In this document: piece after piece, positions 50,909 through 63,600 of the stretch
Numbering within the stretch: position 1 is the stretch's first letter
How the letters are laid out: every line of letters begins with the position of its first letter
Origin: Dendrobates tinctorius
Taxonomy: Eukaryota
Length of the DNA stretch: 64,000 nucleotides
Direction: 5' to 3'
NCBI RefSeq assembly: GCF_039654945.1
Contig: NW_027361677.1
Span: 5,394,001-5,458,000, forward strand
Made by a program: the position numbers and the translations under genes
The notes under the pieces: model-generated
What the model was told of the DNA's origin: nothing
Database searches by the model: none
Seen by the model: the letters and a program-made list of their open reading frames with translations, nothing else

Positions 50909-51289
50909 TAGTCTCTGGTTAGACTTGTATCCTGTGGCAAGGCTTGTTAAAGGGTCGATATTGACTTTTAGAGGTAATATGTCTAATAGAAGGCAATAGA
51001 GTTTAAGTCCTCTACCTAAGTTAAGTGGACGCACGTTTTTACATTAGCACTCCACTTCTAGTGTATGTGAGAAATGTCACGTCACATCATGTAGCAGCTA
51101 CGGGTAGGAAACTGTCTAGGGACACTGAGCGTCTCTGCGCTTCTCATGGCGACAAGCATGCAAACAGAAACTGGCCAGATGGGAATGATCATGTACCAGG
51201 CAGCCTACAATCAAGGCAGAGGACAGGGCATTAGGATCTTGCATAGATCTTCCTGTAGAAGTTCTCGGGTAAAGGAAAATAAGGACATG

Positions 51290-51540
51290 TACGAGAGGGA
51301 CAGATGAAAAGAGACAGAAAAAGAGAGAGAGATAATGAGGAAGACAGAGCGAGAGAGAGATAAGGAGATAGAGATAGTTAGAGAGAGAAAGGTAGAAAAA
51401 GATATATAGATAATAGAAGATAGATAATGGATAAATAATAGATGATAGAAGATAGACAATAAATAGACGATAAAGAAAGACAGAATCAGAGCTACAGAGA
51501 GAAAGAGAAACATAGAGAGCGATATAGAGATGGAGAGAGA
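51290..51540. repeat. GA/GATA-rich low-complexity tract
   Basis: Degenerate AGAG/AGAT runs. Confidence 0.9.
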
Positions 51541-52419
51541 CCATTGTACAGCACTTCAGTTCCCTATTGACTTCTATGGGGTTCAGATTCAAGTTTGGTA
51601 GAGTTCTGGTACAGGAACTGCACTTTGGACTAAAGTTCGGTTGAATTTGATGACCCCGAGCATCCAAGGATCCGCTCATTCCTACACACAACCCAATGAT
51701 CCTTTGACTCCCCTTCATGTCCTGACATTTCTCCATACGGAGGGCAGGTCTAGTCCATATAGAAGGTCATCACTTTTCCCACTATTATCCTTTATATCAT
51801 GTCGCTTAGACCTGCCATAAAAGTGTTCCTAGATCCTAAGAGTGAGGGGTCAGGGGTTATAGGATAAACCAAGGGCCCTCAATTGGCTCCTTCCGTATTC
51901 TCCAGGGAGGGTGACAGCCTTTGCCTGCCCAATTTTCCATCGAGCCCTTGACATTTTTTCTACCCCCCCATTAAACTTATATACAATTACATTACAACAA
52001 GGAAGACCTAAGAATGACAGATACTTGTAGATGTTACAAAAAGGAAAGTCATTTGTGTGACCAATAACAAATAATTAATTGAATGAGACAGGGAACATAT
52101 ATGAGATGTGTTACCTTAGATGCAGGCGTTATCCGCTCTTATAAGGATGCATGTTTCCACCTCTGCACAGCGCTGTATACACTGCATGACGGGCACGGTG
52201 TACAGCAGGAGATGGCGGTGCTGATGCTGTGCATGCGACCAGATCACCTGTGTGACTATGTATGGCAGCGTGTGACAGGGGCGGTAACAGAGGAACAGAT
52301 GGCAGTGTATTCCCTGTGGGTGCAGATATAAAGGATGTTGCTTTATCTTTGTTATTTTTAATATATTATCAGATAAATTTGCTTCTTTCACCTCCTGGGT
52401 TGATCATTCATTCTCAATG

Positions 52420-53900
52420 CATGTTATTCACTGAAATATTACATCCCTGTGATAGGAGATGACAGTTGGTGCTTTTAAAATTCTATGGAGGGGAAGGAGC
52501 TAGAGACGGACATTCCGGTGCAAGTTCACCTGAAAAACAGTTACAGTTCTTCATAGAACTTTATAAGCACCAACTGTCATCTCCTATCTCAGTAATGAGA
52601 AAGTCTGTATCATTAAGATATTACATTACTGAGATAGATGACAGCTGGTGCTTTTAAAATTCTATGGAGAGGGGAGGCGCTAGAGGCAGACACAGACATT
52701 CTGCCGCAAGTTCTCATGAAACGACAGTTACAGTTCTCAATAGAAGTTTCTAAGCACCAACTGTCCTCTCCTATCTCACTAATGAGACAGTCTGTATTCA
52801 CTGAGCTATTACATTACTGAGATAGATGACAGTTGGTGCTTTTAAAATTCTATGGTAGGAGCTAGAGACAGACATTCAACTGCAAGTTCTCCGGCAAGTG
52901 AGGCAATGTTCATACTTTCAGTATTTGGTCAGTATTTTACATCAGTATTTGTAAGTCAACACCAGGAGTGGGACAATCAGAGAAAAAGTATAATAGAAAC
53001 ACGTCACCACTTCTGGATTTATCACCCACTCCTGGTTTTGGCTTACAAATACTGATGTGAAATACTGAATATGTCAATGTGGAATACAGTCCTCCGTAGA
53101 ACTTCATGAGCACCAACTGTCATCTCCTATCTCAGTAATAGGAAAATCTATATTCACTGAAATTTTACCCTTGGTTTGCAAATGGTCAGTCCCGAGGAGA
53201 AAGAACGAAATTTGTCTGACAAGAGATAATGGGACAATTCATCAAAGCTTTTACGCCAGAAGATTGTCATAAAAACTTTGAAAAGTCGTCATTTTTAGTG
53301 GAAAAATTTTGCAACTTTTGGCATTTTCATGCCAGTTTGAGCAAAGCTGGAGAGCAGGAAGAGACGCGGCTATGGCTGCTCGTCAATTTTGTTAAAAATG
53401 CTGGCATTTTGTACTCTAGAAATCCTACTCCAGTCCCAGAATGGAGAATCATGCCACTCAGAAGATGCACCAAAATCTTTAAGTGGTGTGCGCCTCTTGG
53501 TGAATTTGGCACCCAGTAGCCCAGCAAAACTGGCGTAGTGTGAGAATGCACTATGCCAGTCTGAATTAATCAGCCCCAAAGGTTATTGAGTAAACATTTT
53601 AATTTTATTTTTCATAAATCAGTAGGACATGAAAAATAATAAACTTTGGAATAGATTTTATCGGAGAAATCTGCTTCTATCTCTGCAATGATTGATCATT
53701 TATTCTCAATTCACACAAAACAGTGTCTTCAGTAATTCCAGATTTCCCCAGCACTGAGATATGAGATGACAGTTAGTGCTCATAATGTTCTATGGATCTT
53801 GTAGCAGAATGTCTGTTTCTGCTTTCATTTCCTTCCTCCTCTTCATAAAAGATTATAAGCACCAACTGTTATTTCACATCTCATCAATGAGAAAATCTGT
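52420..53900. repeat. Cluster of about four ~170-bp foldback units, interrupted by two Harbinger-like MITEs (~52900-53080, ~53231-53578)
   Basis: GAGATGACAGTTGGTGCT...AGCACCAACTGTCATCTC arms repeated at ~52455, 52630, 52818, 53760. Confidence 0.75.
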
Positions 53901-54615
53901 CTTCACTGAACAAAGATTTTACCCATTAAACGTCAATCAAGGAGGAGAAAAAAAAAAGCAGATTTCTCTGATGAGAAACATTACAAAGTTGCTTATTTTC
54001 ATGTGTAGTTTTGATTTATATAATGAAACATTAAAATGAATGTTAATCTTTAGTAAATGGCAGAGATAACACTTTTCTAAATGATATTCCCAAAATGTTT
54101 TGTTTTTTTTTTTAAATTGATCCATTGCTAAATGGAATCTGTCAGCAGATTTGTGCTATGTAATCTGACAGCAGCATAACGTAGGGACAGAGACCCGGAT
54201 ACCAGCAATGTGTCACTTAGTTTACAGGGTGCAGCAGGTGTGATAGAATCACAGTTTCCTCTGCAGCGGATCTAGCAGGACTCGGAATGCTGAGCTCTGT
54301 ATAGCCCTGCGCACATCACTGATTAGCAGCTTTCTGTGTACACTGTGCATAAAGCTGCAAAGATTCATTTTGTCATAATGGGTTAAACCTTAAAAGCTAA
54401 ATATTTTTCGCACAAGGTACAAATAAGGGCAGGGTGAGGGAGGTGTCCAAAATAATTTCTCAGTGCTGTGACTTCTTCAGGGTCATGCAGAAATAGCCAT
54501 AAAAAGGGAAACAAGCAAATACTGTGACTTTTTATGTTACTATTTTTTATTCATGCTTTCATATTCGGCAGCAAACATTGTAACAATGGGGTATTATTGG
54601 TCGTGGGTTCATCTT

Positions 54616-57600
54616 CTACAGGGTCCTTTTCAGGAAATCCACCAACAAATGATGAGGAAATCCAAAATCCAGCTGGACTATTAAATAACCCTTCAAAAAT
54701 GGAAATAAAAGTTTATTTGAGACAGATTCATGGTATATGATGTACTGACCAACATAACGCATTTACAGCAGTATTTATTTTTTTTCTCGACCTTTCACAA
54801 AAATTTTCACGTTGAGCTGACCATACAACAGAGCAGAATAAAATATACATTTGTAAAAATGTTGCCAATTCATCGCGGAAATATTAGCAATCAAAGTATT
54901 TGACAGCTAATGAGTTAACGTTTATTAAGTTCAAGTGGGTGTTATTAAAGAGTTTTCACTGGTGGGGTGTCTTTATTCTCCCTGTATGACACTGCCCAAT
55001 CATAATCAGGCAGCAACATACAGGAGAGAAAGAACACGCCCCCACAATAGCTCAGAGCAGCTTTTTCAGTGTGTAAGGTGTAATAACAGCCTGCTCCTAT
55101 CTCACTGCAGACACTATTACATTGTGTGTCCAGTTGAACGTGAAACAAATGATGAAAGTGTCTCTGGCTTTTATTTTCCTTGCATATATAATCACCATCC
55201 ATATTTTTTATGTTTATTTATTTTATCCAACTTCAGTCACATCTAAACATTTTTCCCCCCATTCATTATAGCAAGTTAGGACATGTGATCCCTAGTATGA
55301 CAACCAGTTCAGTACATGTACTAATATGTAGACAGGAAGAAACCAGGGATAATGTAGATGGGACCTACTGAAGCTGCAGCACACGGGATACACAGAGACC
55401 CATCTGAGTCAGTGGAGTACGAGTCCACAGACTTTTGATTGGGCCCATGTGTGCTAACGCAGAAGCTGCACTTCACAGCGGTGTTTTGAGTTACCCTTGG
55501 GGGTCTCAGGACATTGACCCCCACCATATCGTATCACATTTCACACTGTATAAAGTATTAAAGGGTACCTATCATTACATGTAATTTTTTAACTGAAACT
55601 GCAATACCAGACAATGTCTCATGGACAAGAGTGGTGCTGTTTATAGGCAAAAAAAGTCCTTTAATAACTTTAATATTACATTGCACTTACCTCATGTGGG
55701 ATTATTTCAGGATTTATGATTTCAAATAAATTTAGGCTTTTACTGTTCATCAGGGATGTCAAAGCCGACTCCAAACCTGCAAAAATACTCAAAAGATGTT
55801 AAAAAATCCACAACACCTCATCCTACAGTAACAGAGACAAGCACCATCTTTGTTCCTACTATTGTGAAATAGTCCCACACATTGTACTCAGTTAATAACA
55901 ATTACTTGTAATAAATATATTAAATATTAATGTATAATGGCAGCCAAAACATTTGTCTGACCGCCTTACTGTCTTCCAACAATAGGACAACTTTTACATG
56001 TTGTCAGTCCAAACTAATAGTAGGTCCAAAACACAGAAGCGGTGCGAATAAATCCATCAGAATTCTTTCAACTTTTTGGCATTTTTTTTATGCCATACAT
56101 TTAATGTCTTGTGCTTTTTTGTCATTTTAAACATCTGTTTTTTTTTCACGTGTCCTCCTGGATGGAGGAAAAGCCCATTGTAAAATGACCATATGCCTTC
56201 AGGGATTTTCCCATTGAAGACATTAGTGGGGTGGTCTCACCTTCTTAAATAGGTAAAATTGATCAGTACTTGTGAAAACAAATCACATTGCAATTTACTT
56301 GTTAAAATTATTCTTCTGCGCTGTAAAGGTAAAGCTGACTCATATTGCAACATTGGAGAGCGAGCGCACAGTTCGGGACATGGGTACCATACTGCTGGTC
56401 CAAGCTGTCAATCTTCCAGAGCTCACCGCTCCTGGCAAGCAGGAAGCTGGGAGTCAGGGGAGCTGTGGGCTCCTGAAGATTGAATGTAAAAACAGCCCCT
56501 TTAATGGCATATCCATAGATGTGTCACGGTTTCTACATTCACTGTGACCAAGGAACGCTGTGAGTGACAGCTCAGCCGCCCTAGGGGATCTGGAGTGTGC
56601 TGGACTGTCGGTTTTGTGAGTGACAGTCCAGGTATCCAATCTTATGCTGGGGTGTGCTGGGTTGGTAATAGTTTGATTGACAGCCCTGCTGCGCACTCTG
56701 GTTTAGTCTGCAGGCATTTCCTCAGGTGCCTCCCATCCCTAATCATTTGCAAGGCATTTAGCTGGCTAGCTGCTAGTAGTCTGTGTCGGTTGTAGATTTG
56801 CTTTAGGTAAGTGTGTGTGCTTGCTCTGTCTCTTGCTGATGACCCTGAGTTTTGTTGTGACTACTTTTTTGGAATTCCCATTCTGCTTTGGAGTACCCTC
56901 CTGGTATTTGACTCCGAACTGTTACCTGACCACGCATTTGTATCACTCCTCAGTACTACGAACCCTCCTGGTATTTTACCCCGGACTGTTACATGACCAT
57001 GCATTTGTATCACCCATCTGTACTACAAGCACTCCTGGTATTTGCCCTGGACTCTTACCTGACCATGCTTTTGTATCACCCCTCTGTGCTATGAGCCCTC
57101 CTGGTATTTGACCCAGGACTGTTACCTGACCATGCTGTTGTATCACCCCTCTGTATTATGAGCCCTCCTGGTATTTGACCCCGAACTGTTGCCTGACCAC
57201 GTTTTTGTATCACCCCTCTGTACTACGAGCCTTCCTGGTATTTGACCCCAGACTGTTACCCGACCATGCTTTTGTATCACACCTCTGTATTACGAGTCCT
57301 CCTGGTATTTGACCCCGAACTGTTGCCTGACCACGCTTTTGTATCACCCCTCTGTACTACAAGCCTTCCCGGTATTTGACCCCGGACTGTTACCTGACCA
57401 CGCTTTTGTATCACCCTCTCTGAACTATGAGCCTTCCTGGTATTTGACCCCTGTTACCTAACCACGCTTTTGTAATACCACCTCTGTTCTACAATCCCTC
57501 CTGACTACTTTCCCTCATATTCTATACTGTACATATGCCATATGTTTTGCCCTGTGCATGTCGTCCAATAATTGCTAATCCAGACTTACGTTCCATTATA

Positions 57601-60600
57601 GCTTGAATCCCAAATTCAGACACCACAGTCTGGAGAAATTGTTTAATCTGTTCTTTGTTCTGTAGGAGAAATATACATTTCTAAGTTATATGCTGATCCA
57701 TACAGTACCAGGTATAACCCTATTCTGTGCTTAATATCCTGAGAACAGATCTGCGGATAATAGAGGGTCCTTGTATAAGTTGCCAAATCGGAATATGGAG
57801 ACTTAGAGAAGGCAAAATTGGGAAAAATTGTATACACATAAACTATCCTCAAAAACGTAGAAAGCTGGCTCTCCAATGCCACCTATAAGAGGGTTATACC
57901 CTATAAGTCAATTATCAACCCATTAATAAACCTTACCAATAGACTTAGCCAAACCAGAGATTTCTCCAAAACTAAAACACACCATCCACAGACAGTGCCA
58001 TGAATGTGGACATCCCGTGGTGTCATAGTCAGTGGTGAACTCTGAGCTTAGTAAATTGCACAATTAACATGAATATTCCATAAGACTCCATTAAGAATCT
58101 GTACAACAGGAAACTCTTAGGGCTTATCATGAGCGTTTTTTAAGTCATTTTCTTTTTTTTTTTACTTTGTTGGGTTTTTTTGTGCCAAAGTCCTCAAAAT
58201 GGGGCACACAGTTCATGAATTTTGCCCTAAATCAAAAATGGTCTTTTTTTTTTTTTACTTTACCATTTTTGTGACTTTTTAGTTTTTTTTTTTGTTTGTT
58301 TGTTTTTTTAAGTGTCAGGGGTCATTTCAATACATTTGCTGCAAATTTTTTTTTAACTTTTCGATAAGTCGCAAATGATGACTCAGGCTGAAATACCTAG
58401 ATACGCTAAGCCAAACTCACAGCAACAAACTTAAAAAAAAGACAACATATGTGAACATATAAAAATTAGACTTAAAGGCGCAAATGGAAGAGGAATTTGA
58501 TGCAAACCAAGAAAAAAAACAAAAAAAACAGATCCACTCTTGCAAATATGAATACAAAAACTTATGAAGTACTGATGCATCCTGTTTCATCATATATCCG
58601 TATTACAGATGTATGAAACACTGCACGCTCATATGAGAGACCTCATTTACACGTAAGTGTTTTTAGTAGTTCATCAGTATTTGTAAGCCAAAACATTAGT
58701 GGCTACAAAACACAGAATATATGTTTTTCTCTGTGGTCTAAGTGATAAAGTTTCTCCTTGTGGAGAGTGACATGCCAAGCCTGGAATGTCAGAGTGAGGA
58801 GACTTAAAAGCCATGCATGCTCCTCTGGGAAATTAAATATGTAAATTGTCTCTTCAGAGAGAACGAAGAATAGAACTCTATAGTGCCAGCTATTGGATGT
58901 AGCAAACCTAAATGTAAATATCGATCCTTCAACGAGAATGGCCATATGACTTAGGATAAAAGCCAAACAAGGATCTCAATTTGCAGACACATGTTTCAGG
59001 GTGTTGCCCCTTGTCAGTGCAAAGTATGAGATCTGATTTGGCTAGGTGAGAGTCTCTGGACTGGGGTCTAAGGCAGAGTTCCCCAACTCCAGTCCTCAAG
59101 TGCCACCAACAGGTCATGTGTTCAGGATTTCCTTAGTATTGCCCAGGTGATGGAATTATTGCCTGTGCAGGTACTCCAATTATCACCTGAGCCATACTAA
59201 GGAAATCCAGAAAACATGAACCATTGGTGGCTCTTGAGGACTGGAGTTGGGGAACACTGGTCTAAGGGATAACGTTTCTTCTTGAGGAGAGTGACATGTC
59301 AAGCCTGGCATGTCAAAGTGAGGAGACTTAAAAGCCATGCATGCTCCTCTGGGAAATTATATATGCAAATTGTCTCTTCAGAGAAGCAGAAGACTTGAAC
59401 TCCAGTGCCAACTATTAGAAGCAGCGATCCTAAAAGTGAATATCGACCCTTCAACTTGACATGTCACTCTCCACAAGGAGAAATGTTACAAATTGGACTG
59501 CAGTCCAGAGCCTCTCACCTAGCCAAATCAGTCCTCATACTTTGCACCGACGAGAAGCAACATCTCGAAACACTGTTTGCAAATTGAGATTTTGGTTTGG
59601 CTTTTATTGTAAGTCATTGTCATGATGTGACTATAGAGTAACTAGGGCTGTGGCGTGGCCCTTAATTTAGTCCCTCAAGCAAAAGGGGCCCTAGGCTCTC
59701 CCTGTCCCCAGGTTTACCCCTGATGGTGGGGATGCCTGGGTCACGTGCCTCGCTCAACTACTGCACCAAACTAATCTGATCTCCTCCACCACCCAAGGAA
59801 TAGGGGGGCAGAAGTGAAAGAGTTAACACAGAAAAGACAGACGCCCCGTCACACAGTCCTCACACAAGAATAAAAAAAACACTAAGGTACAAGAATAAGA
59901 AGGCTGGGAGGCAGAGAAACTACATGAAACAACAAAGGGGAAGGAAAAGGTTTTCAACAAAAACTGCACACAACACTCACAGAGCAACCACCAGAAATAC
60001 CTGGATATGTCCACCTCTCCAGACCATTGGTAAGACAAGCTATAGCTGGCACTATCTGAATAGTCCAGGACATATATAGGGGAAGAGAAGAAATAAGTAT
60101 TTCTCCCACAGCTTGTGACCAAGCAGTATTACAACCTAACCCAGCAGAGATTTAACTCTTGGTAACTTGTCTTTGCTTCAACGCCAAAGTCTCCCTGCAC
60201 TGATTACAGCCATTAGTGAAGTTACAAGGAAGAGTGCCAGAACCTATAGATTCCCCAAACCCTGATGCCGCCATCACAGCTGGCGATGTTTGGAAAAACC
60301 TCCTTGTGACAGTCATATTGCAAGGCTCGTTAGAGTCGATATGGACTTTAAGGATAATTGCTTCCAATAGGTGGCGCTAGAGTTCAAGTCTTCTTCCTGT
60401 CTAGTTTTTTACCATACGTTTTTTTCGCAATTGACCTGTGAAAATTGTCATAGGCCTTTTTTACACCCATGTATTTCATATATCTTTAATACAGATCCAC
60501 AGTAGTCAAATGTGCTTATTATATTAAGGAAGCCTTGGTCTCCTTTCAGCTGAATGTATTATTACAGGTTGGTAGTGCAGATCAGCAATCTGGACGTAGA

Positions 60601-63600
60601 ATTGAACAGGATGCAATTTTTTTTTGCATTAGTATTTGGATTTATGACTATTATTTTCTATTATATAATATCTAATATATTATGTACTTACCATAGAAAC
60701 CGACAGGGAACTTCTGACATTTTTAATAGAAACTCTGATACCAAGAAAAAAAAAAAAAAAAGGAAAAGGGATATTAAAGTTTGCATTAAACCATCTAATT
60801 TTAAAAAATGAATAAAATTAATAAAAACACTTGATGTCAATACTCAGAAAGCGTAAATGCGAAATCAGGGGTGACTAAAGCATTAAAAACTGCACCACAT
60901 ATCACTATATGGTGTCGGTGCTTTGTTTTCCTTATATACAGCTCTATTCCCATGATTCCGTAGGGATTTTCCAATTTTTGGAAAACTTTTGTCTCCCAGC
61001 TGCAGTTTATTTTATAAAAAAGCAAAAAAATGGTGCTTTACCCTCCCAGTGTATATGATTGTCTGCAGTGCTACAGCGCAGCAGCTTAATCGGTGAGCTC
61101 AGCAGCTCTGGCGGCACAAGCTGTTCAGAGCCGCTGAGCTTTGATGACTTTTGAAGTCCCAGGAAAATGTCACTTAGCAGTCCATATAGCAGCTATATGT
61201 CCCACAATTCTATTGGCATCTAGTAATAAAAATTTGTAAAGGACCACGTTAGATACATTTTTGTATGGAAATATTGCGGTCATTTTGCGGCCCACGAATT
61301 GGGTACGGTATTTGAAATTGAACTCACAGAGGATTAGACGGGTGCAACTTCAGTTTTTTGTCTCCATACGAGGCCTGGACGGCGGTAACAGTTTCCTGCA
61401 ATAAAAAGAAACAAGTTTTATTTTCTTCCGCCGCAATATTACTTCTTGGCAAGAGCACGATATTTTACATATCTCTGCCGACCCCGCCATACACAGGCCA
61501 AACGCGCCTTGTGGGGGCCTCACTCCTCTGCAAAAGGTTCTGTTTCATTTTTTGGTTATTGTATCCTGCCTGCTTATTCGTTAATGATCCCCGGATATTT
61601 TTCTGCTATACTTATTGCTTATTGGTGACTGCAAACTGAAAGCCTCATCCAAAATTACATTACATCTTTCTGGGGGTCAACACTAAAGAGCAGGGAGATT
61701 CCTAGTACTCTGCTCTCAAATTGTGGCATGGAGCGAAAAAGTAACACAATCTAACTGTAAAATGTAGAGATGGTGTCTCATTTGATTGTAGAGTTGCATG
61801 AAAGGATAAGGAAATATGCAATTTACTTTGATGGTACAGTAAAATATGGATTCTTAAAGAAAAAACGTGACATGTGCACATACCATTACATGAAATATTT
61901 TATAATGCTACACTCATTACAACTGGAGAAATAGGGATTTTTGTGTACTCACCGAAAAATCCTTTTCTCTGAGCCAATCATTGGGGGACACAGGACCTTG
62001 GGTAAGCTGTACTCAGCCTCTGGAAGAAAGCTTAACTCCTTCTCTGCGCGTATGGGCTGCAGGTGCAGAGAAGGCGTATAATATGCGCAGAGAAGGGGGT
62101 TAAGCTTTCTTCCAGAGGCTGAATACAGCTTACCCAAGGTCCTGTGTCCCCCAATGAGGTGTAAGAGAAAGGAATTGTTTTCTAGAAGTCTTCTATCAGA
62201 TGACTTGAGTGTCCTCTTATGGGGTTCAGTCCTCCTTATACTCACCGTTTCAAAATATAAATCAGATGCAGAAGTGGTGCTTATGTGGACCGCGACAGAA
62301 GAGGTGACCATCGTGCCCTTTGGTGTAATTTTGATTCTCGGGGCTGTGAGACTCCACACTTTTGCAGAGATATCGCTAGCTGCATGTTTGTGGAGAATCT
62401 AAGAGATAAAATAAGCACATTTACTGAGTTATATTTCTGGATATCGAACAAAAAAGACATCCCGGGGTGTCTTTCAGCAGGGCACCCCTGCTGCCTGCCA
62501 GTTTATGGTGGTGCTGGGCAGCAGATCTGATGACCCACTTGAAATTGTATAGTGCAAACCTCCCTATATGTGCACTAGCAGTGACTTATTCCATATTATT
62601 CCTTATTCCTAGAAAGGTAGGAAATTTCAAGCATTCAGTTATGACCATTTCTATTTCGCAGTGAAATGGCTGCATAAATTGGACCGAGATCAGAACGCAA
62701 TGCACGGACTGGCCGGCGGCTCTCCCGACTTGAATGTGACAGTCAGGTATGGACTGGGACTGAAATTCAGCCCTGGCTTTTGCAATCACACAGGCCCATG
62801 CTGTCCCCATCTCCAAGCACCAGATGGGATATATTACTAATATTACCCTGGATGGAGGAAAGGAAGATTTACTACAAGATCAATATTTCTAATAATACCC
62901 GTGACTTGCTGGGGTATGTGACGGAGTCAGCGACTTTGTGTCACAACTTTTAACAATATGGGTGTCTTGAGAACATCGATTCTGTTAACAACGTAGCAGA
63001 CAAGGCATCCCATGACCAGACAGGCCCTTCTGGCATTTGCCAGAATTGCCAGATGGCCAGTCCGGCACTGGTGACAGTTTCAAATATGTCTATGTGGCTG
63101 TCAAGCTCAGGTCAGGAGAGCCGCTGGCCAGTCCGTGCACTGCCTTACGATCTTAGTCCAGTTTATATGGCCGCCTGACTGCACCCTCAGTGTAATATAC
63201 TGTAGATGGGTACCAGAAAGTTATTAAAAAAAACTAAAAAAAGCCTTTTCTTGTCATTGTTTTCCAAACTTTTTGGTTTATGAGTAAACTTTTTAAGGCT
63301 AGTTTCACAACTTATTTATGGTACAAATATAGACCACAGTTTCACGAACCAGCCACACGTCTCCTGACCTGCACTCATCATCCTCGTAGGCATACAGTAT
63401 ATGAGGCTCATATATGTCTATGAAGATGGACGGTTTCCGGTCAGGAGACACGCGACCGGTCCCAGAAAATGCGATCCATGAATGTCGGACGTGTGAAACT
63501 GGCCTTAACATGACTCTACAATAAGACATTTCTATGCCTGCAAAGAAAAGACATCCACTTGTTTAGGTTGTCATACACATTGGATAACTGTCATGTAAAT

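Larger units (their letters stand above)
50415..51017. repeat. Hammerhead-bearing ~310-bp repeat, locus A: one monomer plus start of the next, then an inverted copy (axis ~50773)
   Basis: TCTCCTTGTG recurs at ~50432 and ~50741; 50530-50770 mirrored by 50777-51017; homologous to 58735-60400. Confidence 0.8.
58735..60400. repeat. Hammerhead-bearing ~330-bp repeat, locus B: 1.6 tandem monomers then an inverted copy from 59456, interrupted by a hAT MITE and a solo LTR
   Basis: GGTCTAAG.GATAA.GTTTC at 58736 and at 59065/59260; 59456-59617 plus 60312-60400 is the reverse complement of the monomer. Confidence 0.85.

Noticed and set aside
51116-51736. 206-aa hydrophobic ORF
   Set aside because: Translation of a GA-rich low-complexity tract
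55321-55527. 68-aa ORF in the last CETP intron
   Set aside because: No recognisable homology, and it does not fit the CETP exon phases
56895-57503. Regularly spaced repeats resembling a CRISPR array (also 29744-30112, 35270-35431)
   Set aside because: No unique spacers, whole units repeat, no cas genes, vertebrate context: minisatellites
57643-57882. ORF with an upstream AG that looked like a CETP exon
   Set aside because: Overlaps a decayed fragment of the ribozyme repeat; the phase-compatible exon is 57590-57659
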